Positions 41,901 to 51,500 of a stretch of 64,000 nucleotides of DNA are shown piece by piece; within the stretch, counting starts at the first letter, position 1, and every line of letters begins with the position of its first letter. This DNA is from Macrostomum hystrix. Taxonomy: Eukaryota > Animalia > Platyhelminthes. The position numbers and the translations under genes are program-made. Where the stretch lies: NCBI GenBank assembly GCA_950097015.1, contig CATNEN010000003.1, positions 1,736,001-1,800,000 on the forward strand. The letters are read 5' to 3'. A model generated the notes under the pieces. The model searched no databases and had not been told where the DNA came from. It saw nothing but the letters and a program-made list of their open reading frames with translations.

Positions 41901-42359
41901 TAGCAAAAGTTTGCTAAACTCTTGACATTATTTCAATTGAGGTATACCATATCTTATGTTATCTCTAAACAGCTATTTTCTAAATAGTGAATATAGGCCC
42001 TATAGAATTTGAACTTTTTTGCTACTAAGCTAGGGCCTATGGCTATGCTGAAAAGTCTTAAGATATTAGGTTGATGTGAATTAATTTATGTAAAGGCCAA
42101 GTATTCATAGGCCTAAGGTTTATATAACATATTACATAGGCCATAGGCCTATGCCTTAAACTAGGCCTATGCTTCTGTTTATGCATAGCTAGCTACTGAT
42201 TTATAACTGGGATAAAGACAAACATTACAATTCATAATTCAATAGAATTACAAACTTTAATGACAAGTTCACATAACTATGTATAGAATATATATCAGTA
42301 GAATAGGCCTAAAAATCACAGTATAAGTACACATGTGTAATTTTTGTTAACACAACACT

Positions 42360-42850
42360 TGAAATTCGAAATGATTTCGCAGACACTCGAACGCACCCTA
42401 AAAAACACTTGCACTCACGTTACACAAAGCACACAAATTTAGAGCTATTTGCGTGAATACAAAAAACTTTACAATTAGTTTTTTTTAAACTTCTTATCAG
42501 TACCATTTTAAATTAGTACATATAAGTGTTTCCGTTTGTTAAAAACTATTATAAAGTAAAATTCGTGTCTAAAATTTGAAAACTTCTGCCTTGTCGTTGA
42601 AACTATGTTAATGCGTGGTGTTGCCACAACAAAGGTCTATGATACTATCGGTTAAGTTAAGCTTTTCAGTAACGGTGCCCGTGCGCTTAGTTTGCAAAAA
42701 TTTAATGGTATTGCTTTTGATGTACTTATAATAAACGTTGGTTTTTGCATTATTATACATCTAAATCTGAGTCTGATTATTTCTAAATAGAACAGAAACA
42801 GACAACAGAGTTACGTTTTTACATTTTAATAAAGTTGTGCAACCCGATTT
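42360..42850. promoter_or_regulatory. Putative bidirectional promoter for MEK1 (-) and DDX60 (+)
   Basis: About 17 CpGs in 490 bp between flanks that are nearly CpG-free; the A/T strand skew flips here; it lies between divergent genes. Confidence 0.55.
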
Positions 42851-43064
42851 AGAACTAAAATTCTAGCTATATAATTACTTTTTATAGGCCCAGCTACAAA
42901 AAGAGCTCATTGCAAATGTTAACTACAAGTCATTTATTAGCACTTCAATGGATGTTTCTTTTTTGTATTAGGTAAATTAGCTACTGGCCTATCTTTTATC
43001 TAGATTGATTTTAATTTTTGTTTTACAAGTGCTATTTTAGATATTAATAATAATAGGCCTAATA

Positions 43065-43353
43065 ATTTATTACACCTGCCCCAATTGGGTCAGATGTATA
43101 GCCAACAGCACAGCCGAAGCTAATGTGCGGCGCATCTGAAGGCTGCATACAGCTGTTCAGTCCATGGACTGGGGGAACACCACACCCACCTTCAATTATT
43201 GCAGCTGATGCTGGTACCCATTTAACAGTTGAGTGAACTGAAGCAATGCAGAGTTAAGTGTCTTGCTAAAGGACGCCAATTGTTCCAGTGGAATCGGGAA
43301 TCGAACCCCCGACCTTCAAGTTGAGTCCGATGCCCTATCCACTAGGCTACAAC
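43065..43353 (-). mobile_element. SINE family A copy with several CpG-to-TpG/CpA changes
   Basis: Reverse-complement match to 20690-20990. Confidence 0.88.
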
Positions 43354-45509
43354 CTCTGCTTATTTAGAGGTATATTATTTAGGTATATTATTCTTTAGTA
43401 TATATTTAGATATATATAGACCTAGCCTGTAAAATTAGATTAAACATTTTAGCATGTCACAGGGCACTTTTATTATCTTATTTGTATTTATTGCAATATG
43501 CTTTGTATATATATCAAATCAGCATCCATTATTAAATAATATTTGAAGTTTTTACACAATTTAGGTAAATAAAACACTTATAGGGCCTAGCTTTATCCAG
43601 TTACTGCAGTGGTAGTTAGTAAGTGCCTGAGCACTAGCTAGGACACTTTAAATATTCTCAAACTAATTAAACTTGTTTGTTAATATTATTGACTATATTG
43701 ATTATTGACTATAGGGGCCTATAGTCTATTGGGGCTACCAATTGATTGGAGAGTACTAATCATAGATACAATTATTCAGTTATAGTTCTGGCTTCATTTT
43801 ATTATTCAAATAGTCAGCTCTCTTATAGCTTTTTTGAAAATGATTTATACAGCAGTTCTATGAATATTATTTACTCTTTCCTAGTGGCTTTAAGCTCAAA
43901 TTAATTAATAATTATCATTCTGTAAAATTTTAATTGAAAAGTGGCAAATACACAAGATTTTTTCTGAACTTGGCTTAGAGAACTGAAAGTCAATTTTTCT
44001 ATCTTATAGTTTCCTTGTATTTATAGCATTAATTGGGCTGATTAGTGAACAATATTTAAACAAAATTGCTGACTAAAACTGGTGTTAAATTATAACTATT
44101 AGTATCTAATAACTACCCAAAGACTTGTGTTGTACATTAGTCAAAAGTAAGATGAATTGTAATATAAAAAGGAGACCAAAGTTGCTATATTTAAAACTTA
44201 CTGCTTTTTTAGTTTTTATGTGCAAATAGTTACACTTAGGCCTATTATAAAGTTGTATAAATTAGTTTTTCTTTTTAGCCTAATAAAAACATCCAATTTT
44301 TTGTGGGCACATATGTCCTCTGGGTTTTTGAGAAATCTAGCTGGCCATTTGCAATTTTGTGGCATGGCTTGGCACAGTGCAGCATAGCATCCAACATTTT
44401 TTTGTTGTAAGGCTGCTTAGGCCAAACTATTAGCTTGATGTGGCACACTCTTTTAAGCCAAAATATTATAGATTTACCTAGTGCATGTCCATGAACTTTG
44501 TGTAAAAAAAATAAATCAAGATTTCAAGTTTTTTCAATTGAAATAAATTAAAACAAGTATAAAATTCAAATTAGTAGAGCTCTTGGAGCAATTAAATAAT
44601 ATAAAATAAAATAATTAAATAATGACTGGCTTAGTTTCACTGTAGTAGTCCCATGTGGTCCCATTGTGTTCTTTTGTAGTCTGTTTTAGTGTTTACATGG
44701 GCCACTCAATAGGCTGGCTACCCCTAGGACACTAGCATTCTAGACAGGATTTGCAGGGCTGCTAGATAGTGTAGGGGCAAGCTGCACATCATTCTGGGCA
44801 CTTTAGGGTTGGTAGTTGCCAGCAAGAGGCATGGCATGTTATTCATCCTGCTTGGGCCAGTTAATGCTGACATTTTCCCAAATGCATTAGCCAGTAAACC
44901 ATATGTAACCATGCTGATAATATGTGCCCGACTGTAAAGCAAATGTTAGGTCTAGTCAGTTGCAGTTACCTGGATGGATAGGCTGCCTACCTTACCTTGT
45001 GGTAGAGTGGACACTTAACTTGAGTCCCTTAACCACAATGAAAGATCCAATACTTCAGTCCTCATGTGTCCATAGCTGTCCATAACCATTAACCATGCCC
45101 CTGATTGATTAAGGCACTCAGACAGCTGCTGTTGCTATTAATCTGTAATGCTAGATGTTCTTCATCTACAACTTAAATGCTAGGTAATTGCAAAGGTATG
45201 ATAAAAAGTGTGCCATGGACCACTAGCTATTGAGCTAACAGTAAAGAATTTCATTTATATACTTGTACAACAGCAGCTAGCTGTACTCTTCCAAGAGTAA
45301 GAACTACCATGGCTAGAAATTATAACCACCATGTCCCTCCAATGATGGCAACCATGCTTGCAACAAATATGTGGCAATTTAAAGAAATCGTTTTTTGTTT
45401 TAAAGTGTAAAATATCAAAAACTTTTCACAGAAATAACTTTTATTATTATGATAAAGGGAATTTTATTGTTTTCAGTTCATTTAAGCAAATCAGAGTTGC
45501 TTACAAAAA

Positions 45510-48500
45510 ATGCCATCACCAGCTAAACTGCTTGGGCAGTTGTCTCACGATAGCAAAATGATGCCATTGTTTCAAGACAAAGTAGATGGCGAGTTCTTCT
45601 TGTTTGATGGCGACTCCTTGCTAATGGAGGCAGCTTCCACAGCTGGCTGGCAGTATGGCCAGCAGCTGCATCTATTCTACTCTGCTGAATCTATTCTGCA
45701 CTTGCTTCGCAGTCACGGAGGCAGCTGTCAAGTTGTATTCTTTCAAAACACTGGAAAGGCTGCTTGGAAGAGTGAGCCTCTGATGCGTTTGTTCAGACAT
45801 GCAATGCAGCTTCACTTGGTTGCTAATTGCACTGTGCCAGTGCACCGGAATTTTGTCAGCTCAACCTTAGACCAATCTTGGTTGTCTTTTCTAGAACGAG
45901 AGCTGCCACTGTTTCTAATCCTGAGCGATAGCATTGAGTATGATAACTTGGCTGTGCTGGAGCAAATTCATTTGGCCTTTTCCTGTCTTAGCCGCCGGGT
46001 GCCTATTGTCTACAGCAGTCACCTGATTCAGGAAGACAGGAAGCTTCATGGTTTGTTTTTACAATGGAAAAAAGCTCATGCTGATTTTTTTATCAAGCTT
46101 CAAAAAGCTACTAGCTTTATCAAGCTACTAGAAGAGACTAGTAGTAAGCAGGACTCTAATGTGGTGACAGACGCTGAAATACCAGCCGAAGCCGAGCATG
46201 TTGCTGTAATGGTTGGTGAGTGCGATATACTTGCTTTACTATTTTCCTGTCTATTCTGTACGATAGATGCATACATTATCCTATCTTTAATAAAAATGTC
46301 AACAGACACCGGCAGTGGACTCAGAGACTGGCTGGCAGTTCGTGCTGCTCTTCGACTTCTCGACTCAAAGCAAGATGGATCCGCAGAGCGAGCTAGCTGC
46401 TGGTGCCTCTACTTTGCCTGCATGTCTGTCCTGACCCTAGAGGACAGGCTGGAGCTAGTTGCTGCTACTAGAAGATGTTCTAGGGACCCGACTGGAGACT
46501 CGACTCAGCTAGGCGAAAGGCTAGAAGAAAATTGTATGGCTTCGCTGGAAAACTTTGCCGAGTTCCTATTATCCGATCTGCTAGTTTTGAACGATCTTGA
46601 AAGATTCAGCGATCCGGCATCCATCGCCGATCTCGTTGATGTGTTCGTCTATCAACGGTTCGGACTAACCTGGAGTGGCCAGCTAGCTGAAGGACATCCT
46701 CGGGCTAAAGAGATTCTGCAACGGTAATTTCATCATATTCGAGTTTAGAATACATTTAAAATTGATTTTTTTAATGTGGGTTTTGTATAACACAATTACT
46801 AATTGCTAATTACTAATTGCAGATACAATAGCTACGCAGCAGAAGTTACTGCTCAACTGCAGCGAAAAAAATCGGCAGACACTGACCAATCAGATATTCT
46901 ATCGTTATTGCCACTCTCCTTGTCTGACGAACTCTTGCCGGAACCTGTCGTTGAGAAGGGACATGCTAAAGCTAAACTTCAACACATCGATAATCAACTA
47001 GTGAACGAGTTTGCTGGTGGCCTTCTTGAGAAACTTAAAGCGTCTAACTCGATTTCGCTTACAACTGAGAGTGCAAATTCAGCTGCGCTGTTCGACGAGC
47101 GCTTTCACTGGCATTCGTTTCGCGAGCTTCAGGACGATTTGGAAGAGAAAGCTGAGCCAGAGCTATCAAAGAATCCCTGGCAAAGGAAGAAACAGCTGAC
47201 TAACATTCAGAAATTCAAGCGTTACATTCGCATGTACGGTGAATCGTTGCAAAATGAAACTTGCGAAACAGTGGTGCTATCCATCGGAGATAGTGCTTCT
47301 GCCACTGCTGAAAAGCCGATGTCTGCAAAGCAGCAGAAGCAGAACAGTCAGGACGATCCTCAGAAAAAAGGGCTGAAGCAGCAAAAAGGCAAACCAAAGC
47401 CAATTTCGAAGGCAGACGCCATTAAAGAGGAGAATTTGCGTGCCAAAGGTGAAAAGGATATGAAGAAGCTAAAAGAGCAGTGGAAAAATCTGCTTCCCGG
47501 ATTCAAGAAGCTTGACCCAACTCAAGCGATTGCTGAAGCCACACAAGTGATGGAATCTTGTACTGTTCAGGGTCGGCTTTTTGAAGAGCCGGCACTTTTT
47601 GTCATTCAGCAGCAGTATCGTGTGTGGAAGGCTAGTTGTTCCAGCAAAGAAGGCAAGTCGTTCGCTGCCCTAGCAGATTTAATTCGTACATTGCACAAGT
47701 ACACGTCGGAGCCTTTAGTGGACTTGATTAGTTCGGATTTTCGCGTTAAAATTGCTGAATATTTCGTCATGGTTGGATTCAAGGAGGCTGCTGCTGTTTC
47801 CGCTATTTCGTCTGATCGACTAAAGAGTGTGCAGGTCGAAAAGGACTGCCTCTGCCCAATGTCTTATCGCGATTTCCAGATGCAGCACATGGGCCATCTA
47901 ATGCAGCGAAATGTTCGATTTGATCCTGATCCTAGAGTAAAAGGATTCATTCCTGACACCTGGCAGAGAGAGCTGCTTGATGTAGTTGATAGGCGCGAGT
48001 CGGCCGTGATTGTTGCGCCAACGTCCTCCGGTAAAACATTCTGCTCGTACTATTGCATGAAGAAGGTACTGGAAATGAGCGATGAAGCCGTTGTCGTGTA
48101 TGTGTCACCAACCAAAGCTCTGGTCAATCAGGTTCAGGCTTCCATCTCTGCCAGATTCCATAAGCCCAATCTAACACCTGGCATGGAACTCTGTGGTGTT
48201 TTCACTAGAGACTATAGCCAGATGGCGACAAGCTGTCAAATCTTGGTGACCGTGCCGCAATGCTTGGAACTATTGCTGTTAAGTCCGAGACGTCAAGGCT
48301 GGGCTAGTCGAATCCGCTACGTGATTTTTGACGAAGTTCACTGCATTGGCACTGGTATTGGTGGTGTAGTCTGGGAGTATTTACTCTGCCTCATTCGGTG
48401 CCCTTTTCTTGCCCTGTCGGCTACCATTGCCAACAAAGACTACTTTCACGATTGGCTGCATACTGTGAGACAGTATGTTCAAGTGCAAGATGGCGTCACC

Positions 48501-51500
48501 GCTCAAGACACCCAGCGTCAACCGCAGCAGCTATCCAAGAAGCAGCAGAGGCAGAAAACAGTTGTACAGACCACTTCTGGTTCTGATGGCTACGTTGTCA
48601 ATCTTGTAACCTATTCTGAGCGTTATTCAGATATTCGGACATCGATCTATCTGCCAACTAACGAGTCGATTGCCGAGGTCAACCCGTGCTCCTTCTTGAA
48701 TGACAAACTTTTGTGGCGGAATGGATTTCCGACAAATCTTAGCCTGTCGCCTAAGGAGACACTTGCGGTCTTGTCAGCTGCATTGGAGTGCTTCCACGAC
48801 GACCAAGATGCTATTAAGGCTCTTGAGAAGTTTAATCCCAATGCTTACTTTGATACTCAGCCGATTAACAGAATGCAATTCCGCGAGCTTGAAGTTAATC
48901 TCAAATTGAAGTTGTCCGAATTACTGCGTCGAAACCCGCAGTCAAAGGCCACTGAACTATTGTCGACAATCAAATCTCAGGAACCTAACAAAACTTCAAA
49001 AATGTTCGCCTACCTTGGGGATGTTGATATTTTCGATAACTTCCCCGATCTGATTGATCGACTGCGATCTGAGGGCCGTCTGCCAGCCCTTGTTTTTATG
49101 AACGATCGTTCTGGAATTCAGAAACTAGCTGCTTCGCTTGTAGACCGCGCTAAAGCCAGAATCGCTGCGTCCATAGACAAAAGCTTGCTAGAACGCATGG
49201 AGCAGGCTAAAGAAGCCCTTGCCGCGGCGGCTAAGCGTAATCGAGACAAGGAGGATTCCGACGGCGAGGAAGAGTCGCAATCGCCACCAGAGTTGGAATC
49301 TTACCAACGCGATCGGCTGCAGTATCGCAACAAGATTCATGCGTGTGCCTACTTCACACCGCAGGCGGTGTCTGACTCCTTTCTAAACAGGGCGCTAGAA
49401 AAATTTGACGAGAACGACGAAACCAAAAGTATGCTAGAGCTTGGCGTTGGCTTTCATCATGCCGGCTGTTCGACTAGTCATCGTCGCGCTGTTGAGATGC
49501 TCTTCCGAGCCGGTCATTTGCAGGTATAAGCTTTTTGTTTCAGATAGTTTTCAAACACGCAAATATAAAGTGCACTTCCGTAATTAAATAAATACGTCGG
49601 TACGGTGTTCGAAGTTTTTCCTGTTCATAAAAAACCTTTTTATTTATATATACATTTTTTCCTAAAAAAACCTAGCTGCACTACTTTTTGGAGAGCTTTT
49701 AAGTAACTATTAATAGTTAACTTACTTCTAGTGTATTTTAGAAGTAATGTCGGCCTCGTAAATCCCTGGAATAAATTAGATCAAACTGTTTAAAAATCGA
49801 GACCGCTTTTCGGCTTGGTTTTCATTTTAATCAATAATTTAAATCAGATTAAACATCAATATCACCTTGCGCTGGTTGCTTCCTGGTTGGTTCTCCTCTT
49901 CCCAGTCCATAGAATGTAAATTCGATCAAATTAAACTATTAATGTCTCCAGTTTACTCGTTTATTTTTCGTGCCGACTTACATTTTGATTTCCGGGCCCG
50001 TTATTTAGTTATTTTTAGTAATGAAAAAGCAATCACCAGATAGGAAGCCATTTAAAGTTTTCTCTTCCTAGTATTAATGCAGTCTGTTAGTCTAGATCAG
50101 GATTGCGCACCATTGACCTAGCAATGCATAGTCCTGGCGGTACCAGACATATGCCGGAGCAGCACTGATTATCGCAGACGCATTTCGTGCCATCTTTGGC
50201 GCAGGCTGTGAAAATTTAGGAAAAATATTGCTTTGGGTTAGTTCAGCTTTCAACACCTGTTGTTATTTCCGCTAGAGCTAGCTTTTATAATTGATATCCC
50301 GCTAAAAATAGGGATGTTTCTTTGGGTGATTCCAGTTGGAATCTGCGGTGTTTCCAGAAAAAGAAACAGCCGAACGCTAGAAACATACCAATCGGTTGAT
50401 TCCATGCTTAGAATCTACCCAACTGGGCGTTTTCTCGGTGCTTCTTGGTGTCGAAATGGAATCACCCAAAGAATCCTCCAGTTCGGAAGATTCCATGCTC
50501 AGAAACCGCCGAGGAATCGCCCGTAAATAATTCTCTGGTTGTACCATGGGCCACTGGTTCGGGCGATTCTTCGGCGGTTTCCGTCCGCACAATTTATGGT
50601 TACATCGGCTGCTTCCTGGGTGGTTTCTTTAACTCTTGTGAGATAGGGGGGATTTTGGTAGATTCCACTCCTATTTTGCACAAAAAACCCGCCGAAGAAG
50701 CAGCCGAATTTTTTACAGGGATCTTACCGTCTTGACGATCCAAATCCCTGACGGCGCCACTGGCAGCTGGCTGAAACATGATCGCCAGCATTAGCATCAG
50801 GCAGCCCATAGCTAGTAGCGTACATAGCTTCATGGCTAGTAATTATAGCTTGGACCACAGTTGGTTAATCACACTTCTTTACCGCTTCGGTCGACAGATA
50901 CTGTATACAAATTTCCGAAAATTGGTGGGCAGTTTTTACTTTATATGGAAGTATTGGTGCCATGAATGTTAGAACTGTCTGAATTTAACTGAGTACAGTC
51001 TCAGTATGGTACAGCTGGCTTGGCGGTTTTCTAATTCATTGGTAATTCCGATAGCTGGGAGTTAAGAAAAACACTAGCCACTTTTTATGCTGGTAGAACT
51101 ATAGCTTATTGGAATAGAAATTCTTTAGTAGCGTCTATAGTGCTGTAAGTTGCCTCCTATTTTGCACAAGTCCGGCATTTTGCTTAACCCAGCAGTAAAC
51201 TTAAACACAAAAATGCAACAAAAATCTCTTGTTGTAGTCAATTCGAACTGCAGATCTCGTTCTAAGCTCGAACTAAGATTATTGTAATCTTTTGGTCAAG
51301 GAGAGTTTATGAGTTCGAATCTCCGTTTTTTAGAAAAAATGGTCCCTAACTGTAATTTATGTAGGAAAAATATGCTAAAATTGATTCTAAAGATTACACC
51401 TGTCTTAATCTTTAGGGGATTAGCGGCAGTGAGGTCTATCGCATTTCCCTATGGCACCAAGGTCGCTGAGTTCGAACATTAATTTGTGGGGCTAAGGCAG

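Noticed and set aside
50600-50727. C-terminal half of ORF 50600-50833
   Set aside because: Lies after a strong GTAAG donor and within a fold-back repeat; treated as intron
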